Origin: an uncultured Verrucomicrobiae bacterium | Lineage (GTDB): Bacteria; Verrucomicrobiota; Verrucomicrobiia; Chthoniobacterales; JAFAMB01 | DNA: 64,000 nt | Direction: 5' to 3' | NCBI GenBank assembly: GCA_963762565.1 | Contig: CAVXLD010000012.1 | Coordinates: forward strand, 384,001-448,000 | In this document: in pieces, positions 32,191 to 41,479 of the stretch | How positions within the stretch are numbered: position 1 is the first letter of the stretch | How the letters are laid out: each line of letters opens with the position of its first letter | Position numbers and translations under genes: made by a program | The notes under the pieces: generated by a model | What the model saw: the letters and a program-made list of their open reading frames with translations, nothing else | Database searches by the model: none | Told to the model about the DNA's origin: nothing

Positions 32191-33102
32191 TCATCGATGG
32201 GCCAGCAGGTTGTCAATTCCCGTTTCCCGGACCTTCACGAGATCATCGGCCGATTTGATAACACACCCGATGGTCTGGTCAGCGGTCTCGCTGTCCAGAT
32301 TCGTCTTCTCCAGAAGCGCCAACGTAGCCGATAAATCCAAGGTCTCGGCAACTCCTGGAATCTTCGTGAGACTCATCTTTCTGAGGGAATGCAAAAAATG
32401 AACTACCTGTGCGCCGAGTTCCAGGCCGATGCCCGGCAGCCTTGTGTGGACGATGTCCATCTCCTTCTCGAACGTGGGATAATCAATCCAATGATAGAGA
32501 CATCTCCTCTTCAGCGCGTCACTCAATTCACGGGCGCCGTTGGAAGTGAGAATAACGTGCGGTCTCTTCTCCGCCTTGATCGTTCCCAGTTCCGGAATGC
32601 TGATTTGGAATTCACCGGTTACTTCAAGCAGGAATGCTTCGAACGCTTCATCCGCTCGGTCAATTTCGTCTACCAGCAGAACGGGAGAGGCCTCTTTGGA
32701 AGAGATCGATTTCAATAATGGCCGGCGAAGCAAAAAGTCTGGTCCGAAGATGTGTGCCTCCAAGTCTTGGACATTTCGATCGGTTCCCTCTCGCATTTTA
32801 ATGGCCAAGATCTGCTTCTGATAGTTCCACTCGTAAACCGCCGAATTCACGTCTAACCCTTCGTAACATTGGAGCCGGATCAGCTCCGTTCCGAGGATTG
32901 CAGCAAGTACTTTAGCCGCCTCGGTCTTACCGACTCCAGCGTGGCCTTCAATCAATAAAGGTTTGCCGAGCTTTACTAACAGATAGACCACGGTCGCCAG
33001 CGACCGATCCATGACATACCCCAAGCTCCGCGCTCTCGCGATCAGATCATCAATGCTCCGAATGTCCTGATTTCCGGAGTCCGAGTTAGATGAAGCCGCC
33101 AT
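32191..33102 (-). CDS. coxD: MoxR-family AAA+ ATPase (CoxD)
   Basis: GHAGVGKT, RLQCYEG, VDEID and ELSDALKRRC. Start at MAAS (33102); the longer ORF begins in a repeat. Confidence 0.92.
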   Translation of the reverse strand: MAASSNSDSGNQDIRSIDDLIARARSLGYVMDRSLATVVYLLVKLGKPLLIEGHAGVGKTEAAKVLAAILGTELIRLQCYEGLDVNSAVYEWNYQKQILAIKMREGTDRNVQDLEAHIFGPDFLLRRPLLKSISSKEASPVLLVDEIDRADEAFEAFLLEVTGEFQISIPELGTIKAEKRPHVILTSNGARELSDALKRRCLYHWIDYPTFEKEMDIVHTRLPGIGLELGAQVVHFLHSLRKMSLTKIPGVAETLDLSATLALLEKTNLDSETADQTIGCVIKSADDLVKVRETGIDNLLAHR

Positions 33103-33109
33103 AGGAAAG

Positions 33110-33250
33110 AATAGCAGATAGCAGATAGTAAAAAGAAATGACAGATGACAAATGACAGATGACAAACTGGAGGGCGGCGCCCCTAATTTGTCATTTGGGA
33201 TCTGTCATCTGTCATTTCTTTTTACTATCTGCCATCCGCTATTTGCTATT
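33110..33250. repeat. Family E heptamer (ATGACA[A/G]) long hairpin between coxG and coxD
   Basis: Inverted arms of about 60 bp. Related copies at 15466-15570 and 40212-40282. Confidence 0.88.
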
Positions 33251-33830
33251 TCTTCTCGTCCGATTCTGGCCGAAAAATGCGCCCGATCGGTCGGAGCACG
33301 GCGGAGACAGCCACTGCTCCCGCATCAATCGGCTTTACCTCTTGCGGTGGTCCATTCTCCGCTCCTCCGGCGGCTTGCTGTTGAAGGCGCCGCCGCAGGT
33401 TCTGAGTGAACTGCTCGAACATCTGGTTTGCGACTTCTTGAATCATTCTGCTCCCCATTTGTGCGAGAATACCGACCACATTCAGCTCCGAGATAGTAAC
33501 CACTTCGGAACCTCCCTCGGGTAAGTCCCGAACCCTTCCGGTCATCTTCATAGACGCGCTGCCCTTACCCCGGACATCTTGCCCTTTTCCGATCATCTCG
33601 ATCTCGCGATTCTGATCATCTAGCCGCTCAATGTGTGCCTCACCTTTATAATCGCTTACGGCGGGGCCGAGCTTGATTTTGATAACCCCTTTGTAAGTCC
33701 TCTCATCCACTGCTTCGGTAACCTGTGCCCCAGGCACGCAACCGGCCACACTCCTTGGGTCGCTGAGGATCTTCCAGACCTCCGCTGCCGGTTCAGGCGT
33801 CTTGAAGCTTTTTTCAATCTTAATCGCCAT
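33246..33830 (-). CDS. coxG: CoxG (SRPBCC) protein
   Basis: VWKILSDP..VAGCVPGA and LAQMGSRMI; directly follows coxL. Confidence 0.88.
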   Translation of the reverse strand: MAIKIEKSFKTPEPAAEVWKILSDPRSVAGCVPGAQVTEAVDERTYKGVIKIKLGPAVSDYKGEAHIERLDDQNREIEMIGKGQDVRGKGSASMKMTGRVRDLPEGGSEVVTISELNVVGILAQMGSRMIQEVANQMFEQFTQNLRRRLQQQAAGGAENGPPQEVKPIDAGAVAVSAVLRPIGRIFRPESDEKK

Positions 33831-33836
33831 ACAGCT

Positions 33837-36200
33837 TTACTGAGTTACTCCTTTCTCCCCTTTCTCCTTTAGGATCTGCCAGATTTTCCAAGGAGAGAGC
33901 GGCATATCAATGTGTTTGACCCCGAGATGTGATAATGCGTCTACCACGGCATTAACAAACGCCGCGGGCGAGCCCACATTCGGCGATTCTCCTACTCCCT
34001 TCGCGCCGAACGGATGATGGGGTGAGGGGGTGCAGGTATGACCCGTTTCCCAGTGCGGGGTTTCGACGGCGGTGGGTACCAAATAATCCATGAATGTCCC
34101 GCCCTGAACGTTCCCGCTTTCGTCATAAGTGATTTCCTGCATAAACGCGATGGCGAGTCCCTCTGTTAATCCCCCGTGAACCTGCCCTTCGACGATCATC
34201 GGATTGATAATATTCCCGCAATCATCCACCGCGATAAATCGCCGGACCTTGACCTCACCGGTGCCCTTGTCGATATCCACCACGGCAATATAGGTGCCGA
34301 ACGGGAAGGTTAAGTTTGGTGGATCATAGTAGTTAACTGCTTCTAACCCAGGCTCCATGCCTTGTGGGAAGTTAGTGTAGGCAGCAAAAGCGATCTCTTG
34401 GATCGTCTTCGATTTGCCAGGTGCGCCTTTCACGGAAAACTTGCCTGGCTCCCATTCCAGATCCTCTTCGCTGACTTCAAGTAGATGCGCTGCAATTTTT
34501 CGAGCTTTATCCCGAACTTTCCGAGCGGCTAATGCCGCGGCCGCGCCGGACGTCGGTGTGCTGCGACTCGCATAAGTACCCAGTCCGTACGGCGCGGTAT
34601 CAGTATCGCCTTCTTCGATCGCCACATCCGCGGCCGGAATCCCGAGCTCTTGCGCGACGATTTGGGCATAAGTGGTCTCGTGTCCTTGTCCTTGCGATTT
34701 TGTCCCCATTCGCATGATGGCCTTCCCTGTCGGATGAACTCGAAGCTCTGCGCTGTCGAACATCTTGAGCCCGAGAATGTCGAATGTGTGCGATGGCCCG
34801 GCTCCCACAATCTCGGTGAAACTCGATATCCCGATCCCCATCAGTTCCCCTCGCTGCCGTTTCTCCTCTTGCTCCTTCCGTAGCGCCTGATATCCGATCT
34901 TTTCTAGGGCCAGGTCCAGCGCTCCTTGATAATTGCCGCTGTCATAGTTCCAGCCTAGTGGGCTCAAGTAGGGGAACTTGTCCGGAGGGATGAAGTTCCT
35001 CCGGCGGAGCTCAGCCGGATCCATCTTCAATTCCTGTGCGAGAACGTCCATCGCTCTCTCGATCAAATAGGCCGCCTCAGTGACCCGGAAAGAGCAACGG
35101 TAAGCGATGCCGCCCGGCGCTTTATTGGTATAGACGCCGTCGACCTCGGCAAACGCAGAGGAAAAGTCGTACGAGCCGGTGCAGATACTAAACAGGCCCG
35201 CCGGGAATTTCGTCGGTTGCGCGGCTGCGTTAAAAGCGCCGTGGTCAGCCAGGGTCTTAACCCGTAGAGCTTTAACTCTTCCTTCCTTATCAGCAGCTAG
35301 TTCGGCCTCCATGTGGTAGTCCCGGGCGAAGCCGGTTGACTGCAGGTTCTCCGATCGGGTTTCGATCCACTTAACCGGACGCCCCAACGTAAGCGCAGCG
35401 ACAGCAGCGCAGACGTAGCCCGGATAGACCGGCACCTTATTACCAAAGCCACCGCCGATATCAGGGGATATCACGCGGATATTCTGTTCCGGTAGTCCTG
35501 CCACTAGCGCAAAGACCGTTCGATGTGCATGAGGTGCTTGGGATGTGATCCAGGCCGTCAGCTTGCCGGTCGCGGAATTGAAATCGATCACACAGCCACA
35601 TGTTTCCAGCGGAGCCGGGTGACAGCGTGGGAAGAAGGCCTGTACCAGAGCCGTAACCGGTGCCCCCTTCATCTGCTCTTCGGTTGCCGCGCGATCGCCG
35701 ACTTCCCAATGAAAAATAAGATTCGATTTTTCTTCCCGATCATCCCGCAAAATCGGCGCATCCGCGTCCTGAGCTTTGTGCGGATCCACCAGCACCGGCA
35801 GCTCTTCGTAATCTATCTCAACTAAATCCGCTGCGTCGGCGGCCGTGTAGCGATCCTCAGCAACGACGAAAGCGACCTCCTGCGATTGGAAGAGCACCTT
35901 GCCTGTCGCTAACACCATTTGCTTGTCGTGGAAAAGGGTTGGCATCCAGGCCAGATTGGCTTTGGCTAAGTCCTCACCGGTAATGACTGCGAGCACGCCG
36001 GGTAACTTCTTAGCTTCTTCTGTCCGAATGGCCTTAAGACGAGCATGCGCGTAAGGGCTGCGCACCATGTGTCCGTAAACCATGCCGGGCAGTTGCACGT
36101 CGTCGATGTAGTTGCCTTTCCCTTGAATGAATCGCAGATCCTCTTTGCGCTTAATTGAGTGGCCCATTCCCCCGATTTCTGGAGATGTCTTGGCTAGCAT
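33837..36200 (-). CDS. coxL: Aerobic Mo-Cu carbon monoxide dehydrogenase large subunit, form I
   Basis: Active-site loop AYRCSFR (nt 35085-35105), GGGFGNK, QGQGHET and AKGVGE. Confidence 0.96.
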   Translation of the reverse strand: MLAKTSPEIGGMGHSIKRKEDLRFIQGKGNYIDDVQLPGMVYGHMVRSPYAHARLKAIRTEEAKKLPGVLAVITGEDLAKANLAWMPTLFHDKQMVLATGKVLFQSQEVAFVVAEDRYTAADAADLVEIDYEELPVLVDPHKAQDADAPILRDDREEKSNLIFHWEVGDRAATEEQMKGAPVTALVQAFFPRCHPAPLETCGCVIDFNSATGKLTAWITSQAPHAHRTVFALVAGLPEQNIRVISPDIGGGFGNKVPVYPGYVCAAVAALTLGRPVKWIETRSENLQSTGFARDYHMEAELAADKEGRVKALRVKTLADHGAFNAAAQPTKFPAGLFSICTGSYDFSSAFAEVDGVYTNKAPGGIAYRCSFRVTEAAYLIERAMDVLAQELKMDPAELRRRNFIPPDKFPYLSPLGWNYDSGNYQGALDLALEKIGYQALRKEQEEKRQRGELMGIGISSFTEIVGAGPSHTFDILGLKMFDSAELRVHPTGKAIMRMGTKSQGQGHETTYAQIVAQELGIPAADVAIEEGDTDTAPYGLGTYASRSTPTSGAAAALAARKVRDKARKIAAHLLEVSEEDLEWEPGKFSVKGAPGKSKTIQEIAFAAYTNFPQGMEPGLEAVNYYDPPNLTFPFGTYIAVVDIDKGTGEVKVRRFIAVDDCGNIINPMIVEGQVHGGLTEGLAIAFMQEITYDESGNVQGGTFMDYLVPTAVETPHWETGHTCTPSPHHPFGAKGVGESPNVGSPAAFVNAVVDALSHLGVKHIDMPLSPWKIWQILKEKGEKGVTQ

Positions 36201-36222
36201 TTGAAATTCCTCTGCGTTATTC

Positions 36223-36735
36223 TTACGGCTGGGTTGCGGATGCGTTCACTGCGGATGTGTTGATCTTCTCGGCCGCATACTGGACCGCTTTCACGATGTT
36301 CTGGTAACCGGTGCAACGACATAAGTTGCCCGAAATTCCCCAGCGAATGTCTTCCTCGGTTGGATGAGGATTCTTCTCCAGCAGAGCACAGGCTGACATG
36401 ATCATGCCGGGCGTGCAGAACCCGCATTGGAGTCCATGGCTTTCTTTGAATCCCTCCTGCAGTGGGTGCAAGGCGCTACTGTTACCGACTCCTTCGATCG
36501 TGCGCAGCTCGCGTCCATCGGCCTGAACGGCAAACAGCGTGCACGATTTTACCGCGCGCCCGTCGAGCAGCACCGTGCATGCGCCACAATTCGTCGTATC
36601 GCAACCGATATGCGTCCCGGTGAGCGCGAGATGTTCCCGGATGAAATGCACTAACAACAAACGCGGCTCGACCGCGGCCGCGCGGTCCTTGCCATTTACC
36701 TTTACTGTAATATCGATGACTTTCTTGTTAGTCAT
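36223..36735 (-). CDS. coxS: CO dehydrogenase small [2Fe-2S] subunit
   Basis: [18 protein letters not shown] and NLCRCTGY. Confidence 0.95.
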   Translation of the reverse strand: MTNKKVIDITVKVNGKDRAAAVEPRLLLVHFIREHLALTGTHIGCDTTNCGACTVLLDGRAVKSCTLFAVQADGRELRTIEGVGNSSALHPLQEGFKESHGLQCGFCTPGMIMSACALLEKNPHPTEEDIRWGISGNLCRCTGYQNIVKAVQYAAEKINTSAVNASATQP

Positions 36736-36758
36736 AAAAGCTCTTCGATTAGTTTCTG

Positions 36759-37634
36759 CTAATGGTCCTGGGTCGCCCGGTTGAGCGCTTTAGTTAGTGC
36801 GCGTTTGGTCAATTCTCTCACCATCGCGACTTTGTATTCAGCCGGACCGCGGAGATCCGAACTCGGATGCGCTTCATCGGCTGCCAGCGAAGCTGCTTGG
36901 CTGATATTGCCGTCATCGAGCGCTTTGCCGCGCAGGAACTCCTCCGCGTTCTTGGCCTTGATCGGTGTTCCTCCCACGTTCGTCAGACCAATTCCGGCTT
37001 GTTGGCAAGTTGCCGTCGTGTCGACCGTTATCTGCGCCGCCACTCCGACAGTAGCGAAATCTCCTACTTTGCGTTCTAGCTTAAAATAAGCTCCACCGCT
37101 CCGAGCGGGCGGTATTGGAATTCGGATCTCTGTCAGTATTTCGTTGGGTTCGAGGGCAGTGGTGAAAATGGATAAAAAGAAGTCCTTTATGGGGATGTTC
37201 CTTTTTCCGTTAGGGCCCGTGGCAACGACCTCCGCATTAAGGGCTAACATGGTTGCCGGGTGATCGTTCGCGGGATCACCATGGGCCAGATTGCCGCCCA
37301 CCGTGGCCAGGTTACGCACCTGCGGATCGGCGATCGAGAAAGCCGTGTCTAAAATCAGCGGATATTTGGAGCGTATTAAATCGGAAGCTTCGAGATCGGC
37401 TTCCCTGGTGAGCGCACCAATCTTCAAATAGCCGTCGTCTTCCTCGATGTAGTCGAGGCCACCTATTTGATTGATATCAATAAGATACTCTGGCTGCGCC
37501 AGTCGCATCTTCATCATGGGGATCAAGCTTTGTCCGCCACTTAATATTTTCGCAGCATCACCGTGTTGCTGTAGTAACGAGATGGCCTCAGGAAGGGTCT
37601 TGGGCCGGCAGTAGTCGAATGCTTTCGGGATCAT
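36759..37634 (-). CDS. coxM: CO dehydrogenase medium FAD subunit
   Basis: GGQSLIP and [21 protein letters not shown]. Confidence 0.95.
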   Translation of the reverse strand: MIPKAFDYCRPKTLPEAISLLQQHGDAAKILSGGQSLIPMMKMRLAQPEYLIDINQIGGLDYIEEDDGYLKIGALTREADLEASDLIRSKYPLILDTAFSIADPQVRNLATVGGNLAHGDPANDHPATMLALNAEVVATGPNGKRNIPIKDFFLSIFTTALEPNEILTEIRIPIPPARSGGAYFKLERKVGDFATVGVAAQITVDTTATCQQAGIGLTNVGGTPIKAKNAEEFLRGKALDDGNISQAASLAADEAHPSSDLRGPAEYKVAMVRELTKRALTKALNRATQDH

Positions 37635-37806
37635 TTTTCAAAAGCAAACGTCCGCTTCTCCGATCAGGTAACTCTCGACAACCGGGCGAGAGTTACCCGG
37701 TACACTTAGGATAAGCAGACGGCAGTGGGATGAGGGGGGACCACAAACTACGCACGAAAAGGGCATTTGGACAGAAGAAGATTAAGCCCATGCTAACCGC
37801 GAGTGA

Positions 37807-38031
37807 CCTGGAGGGGAGCCGCTTTGTAGCGTGGTAGTTCTGTAGGTAGGCAGCAAGCGGTTCCCGGGAACGGCCTTGCGATGTGGCTCTCTCCAGGATT
37901 TCAAGGGTGAGCCGCGCGTCCTCCGAACCGAGACGGGAACGTCCAGGAAGTGGCGCATCTTGGGCTCTTCCCGGGAGCCGCTTGCTGCACCTCTGCAGAA
38001 CTGCAACGCTACAAAGCGGCTCCCCTCCAGG
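37807..38031. repeat. Family B element
   Basis: Same four arms; inner arms carry single mismatches. Confidence 0.88.
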
Positions 38032-38074
38032 CGTCGGGGCTGCTCCGTCAGGAGTTAAGCCCTACCAGAACGTC

Positions 38075-40147
38075 CTACTTCCGCGCTTTCTTTGCGGCCT
38101 CGATCACCTTCTGTTCTAGCTCAGCCGGCAGCTCTTGATAATGACTGAACTCTTCGCTGTGTAACCCGCGGCCGCCGGTGAGGGACCGAAGCTGAGTCGA
38201 GTACCGGTAAAGTTCGCGAGCTGGTACATGAGCCCGGACGACCTGGAAATTGCCTTCCGTGTCCATACCCAGAATCTTGCCGCCGCGACTTGACAAATCG
38301 CCGATTACTTTGCCCATGTAATCTTGCGGGATTTGGACCTCGAGCAATTGTATCGGCTCTAGAAGGCAAGGTCTGGCTTTAAGAAAAGCTTCTTTAAATG
38401 CCCAATAACCGGCGATCTGGAACGAAATATCGTTGGAATCGACCGGATGCATTTTGCCATCGTAAAAATCGACCGCCACATCGACGACTCGGTAACCGGC
38501 AAGAATGCCCTCGTTGCATGCATTGTGCACACCGCGCTCTACCGATGGAACATAAACTCGGTCGACGCACTGGCCGGAGAGCGATTCTTTAAATTCAAAT
38601 CCCGCGTTACGCGGTCTTGGAGCGATGCGCATCCAGACCTCCCCGAATTGCCCCGCGCCACCGCTCTGTTTCTTATGCCGATAAGTCGCCTCTGCCGGTA
38701 TCCTGATCGTTTCCCGGTAGCGCACACGTGGTTCGATGAGGTCAAAATGTACTTTGAACCTCCGGCGCAAGCGTTCAGCCAGTACATCCAGATGTAATTC
38801 CCCTTGGGCTGCCACGATCGTTTGATGCAGTTCAGGATCGGTTTTCACCACGAAGGTCGGATCCTCTTCATGTAAGATCGACAGCCCAGCCGCGATCTTG
38901 TCTTCTTCTCCTTTTGCTTGTGGGTGAAGAGCGGCGTGAACGGTCGGCTTGGGATAGACCGGTTCAGGTAATTTTACGGGACGGCTACCGGAACAGAGCG
39001 TGTTCCCTGTGTAACTGTTTTTTAGTTTTACGGTTGCGCCAACTTCACCTGGCCCAAGCTCATTGACGGGCACGCGATTACGGCCGTTCAGATAGTAAAT
39101 TTGGCCAACTCGCTCGAAGGAGCCACGCGAGCTGTTCAATAGGTCGATCCCGGTCTTGACCGTTCCCGAATAAACCCGGAAGAACCAGAGCTCGCCAAAC
39201 TGTTCCTCGTTCATGGTTTTAAAAATCTGAGCCACCGGTTCTCGGTCAGTGAGGCTGATTTCTGTCTCCTGACCGTTACCGTTGACACCGGCCACCTTCT
39301 GGCGATCTACCGGCGAGGAACCGTACTTAGCGATGAAATCCATGAGCCGGGCGACTCCGACCCCGGTCTCAGCCGATACGGAAAAGACGGGCGTGAAAAG
39401 TTGGGATTGAATCGCTGAATGGATTCCGCTGCGAAACTCTTCTTCCGAAAGCGAGCCTTGCTCGAAAAACTTGTTCAGCAGGGTGTCATCGGACTCCGCG
39501 ATAAGCTCGATTAGCTCCTGGTGCAGCTCGGTCACCCGTTTTTTCCACGGGCCGGTAGCCGGCTCTTCGTTGAACCGGCTGCGACCCGTGGTTTCGTAAT
39601 CCACAATATCGCTGCGTAAGACGTCTAGGATCTTGTTAAAACCCGGTCCCGGATTGACCGGGATGTTCAGGGGGAAAATCCGTCCGTATTGAGCCCGAAG
39701 ATCAGCCAGCACGAGCTCAAAATTGGCGTGTTCCTTGTCCAGCGCGTTCACCACGATAATCTTGGGGATGCCGCATTCCGTGGCGTAATTCCAAACGCGT
39801 TCCGTCCCGACGCCGGCTCCGTGTTGCGCGTGTACCACCACCAGAGCGAAATCTGCGACTCTCAAGGACGCGTACGTCTCGCTCATAAAATCCGGGTAGC
39901 CAGGGCTATCCAGGATATTAAATCGCTTATCGAGCCAATTCGTGTGTAACAACGACGTTTGAGTCGAAATCTGTCTTTGTCTTTCGCTCACATGATAATC
40001 GGACACGGTCGAACCTTCGCTGATCCGGCCCATTCGTCCGATCGCGCCGCTACAGAGCAGCATCGCCTCGGTGAGGATTGTTTTCCCGGACGAGGCGTGC
40101 CCGGTTACAGCGAAGTTGCGGATGTCCGCGGGGGCTAGCGGCACCAT
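38075..40147 (-). CDS. Elongation factor G paralog (EF-G2-like)
   Basis: Full EF-G layout including HKKQSGGAGQFG, DGKMHPVDS and LRSLTGGRG, with divergent G-motifs GHASSGKT, DSPGY and NALD. Confidence 0.92.
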   Translation of the reverse strand: MVPLAPADIRNFAVTGHASSGKTILTEAMLLCSGAIGRMGRISEGSTVSDYHVSERQRQISTQTSLLHTNWLDKRFNILDSPGYPDFMSETYASLRVADFALVVVHAQHGAGVGTERVWNYATECGIPKIIVVNALDKEHANFELVLADLRAQYGRIFPLNIPVNPGPGFNKILDVLRSDIVDYETTGRSRFNEEPATGPWKKRVTELHQELIELIAESDDTLLNKFFEQGSLSEEEFRSGIHSAIQSQLFTPVFSVSAETGVGVARLMDFIAKYGSSPVDRQKVAGVNGNGQETEISLTDREPVAQIFKTMNEEQFGELWFFRVYSGTVKTGIDLLNSSRGSFERVGQIYYLNGRNRVPVNELGPGEVGATVKLKNSYTGNTLCSGSRPVKLPEPVYPKPTVHAALHPQAKGEEDKIAAGLSILHEEDPTFVVKTDPELHQTIVAAQGELHLDVLAERLRRRFKVHFDLIEPRVRYRETIRIPAEATYRHKKQSGGAGQFGEVWMRIAPRPRNAGFEFKESLSGQCVDRVYVPSVERGVHNACNEGILAGYRVVDVAVDFYDGKMHPVDSNDISFQIAGYWAFKEAFLKARPCLLEPIQLLEVQIPQDYMGKVIGDLSSRGGKILGMDTEGNFQVVRAHVPARELYRYSTQLRSLTGGRGLHSEEFSHYQELPAELEQKVIEAAKKARK

Positions 40148-40317
40148 ATGTTACAATCATGTAACCGATCTGCAGCCGTTGCAAGCCCCGACCTCGCTTA
40201 GGCTCGGTCGAATGACAAATGACAGATGACAAATGTCAGAATAGTTTGGCCAAACTGTCATCTGTCATTTGTTATTTGTCATCCGGGCGAGCCTAAGGCG
40301 AGCCCCGGAATCTCATC

Positions 40318-40962
40318 ATGAAGAAAATCTTTCACACCCCAATTCGCACGTTTGTGGCCGGCTTGGTTGCGGTGCTGCCAGTGGTATTGACCGTGGCGGT
40401 TATTGTCTGGGTCGGGAGTGTAGTGGATCAATTTGTCGGGCCTCAGAGCGCTTTCGGTCGGTTGCTCATCTCGATCGGGCTTCGGGTTGTGGACACCAAA
40501 GTCGCTGCTTACCTGATCGGGATAGTAGTCGTTCTTACGGCGATTTATATGCTCGGGATATCTGTCGAAGCGGGCCTGAAGCATCGCTTGCAGACCTTTG
40601 TCGATCGGAGTCTCGGGCGAATCCCGGTGATCGGGAATGTTTATAACTTGGCCTACCGTTTTGTGGGCATGCTGGATCGAAAACAAGAGACCGATTTGAA
40701 AGCCATGAGCCCGGTCTGGTGTTTTTTTGGTGGGGAAGGCGGGACCGCGATGCTAGCCCTGATGCCGACCTCGGAACCAGTCATGCTGGGGGGCCGGGCA
40801 TGTCACGTGATCTTGGTCCCCGGCGCCCCGGTACCGATGGGCGGTGCGCTGCTCTATGTCCCGGTCGAGTGGATCAAACCAGCATCCTTCGGCGTGGAAG
40901 GATTGACCAGTATCTATGTCTCGATGGGAATTTCTACGCACCAATTTATGCGGGCTGGGTAG
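40318..40962 (+). CDS. DUF502-family membrane protein
   Basis: AGLVAVLPVVLT, RIPVIGNVY, VPGAPVPMGG and YVSMG. Confidence 0.8.
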   Translation: MKKIFHTPIRTFVAGLVAVLPVVLTVAVIVWVGSVVDQFVGPQSAFGRLLISIGLRVVDTKVAAYLIGIVVVLTAIYMLGISVEAGLKHRLQTFVDRSLGRIPVIGNVYNLAYRFVGMLDRKQETDLKAMSPVWCFFGGEGGTAMLALMPTSEPVMLGGRACHVILVPGAPVPMGGALLYVPVEWIKPASFGVEGLTSIYVSMGISTHQFMRAG

Positions 40963-41135
40963 TGGATTGGGCCGTCGGGCTTGGTCCTTCCGCCTTCGCC
41001 GACTCTTTGTTGTGGAGCGCGCCTCGCTTGCGAGGCCGACATTGAGGGGGTTGGAGACATAGAGATTGGGCTACGGCGGACAAGCTGTTCTCGATCGGGC
41101 GGGTCACGTCCACCAGGGGTTTTTGTTCCCAACGC

Positions 41136-41410
41136 CCTGGAGGGGAGCCGCTTTGGCATGTGGCAGGCGAGCTCTCGATATTTGTTTCAGCGCTGAGTCC
41201 TATCAAGAAATGTCGCAACAGGCGGCTCCCAGGAATAACCCAGGGTGATGATTTATCCAACGCTGCGACTCGTTTACACCCTGCCCATAGAGCTGCGAAC
41301 CGCTCAGTCGTTCCCGGGAGCCGCCTGTTTTCGTACGTGTCGGCCGGATTAGTGTTGAGACGAAATTCGCGAGGGCGGAAAGATACGCGCCAAAGCGGCT
41401 CCCCTCCAGG
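41136..41410. repeat. Family B element
   Basis: Same four arms. Confidence 0.9.
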
Positions 41411-41479
41411 CGCTGGACAATCGCGCGTCGCATCAACGCACCATGTTATTTGAGGACGAGGACGCTGGGCTGGCGCCCA

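Noticed and set aside
33837..36200. Form II CoxL or generic xanthine dehydrogenase
   Set aside because: The loop is AYRCSFR, not AYxGAGR, and the gene order is M-S-L.
37635..37800. Moco riboswitch upstream of coxM
   Set aside because: Only CCTAAG matches; the other expected elements were not seen. An Infernal search would be needed to exclude it fully.
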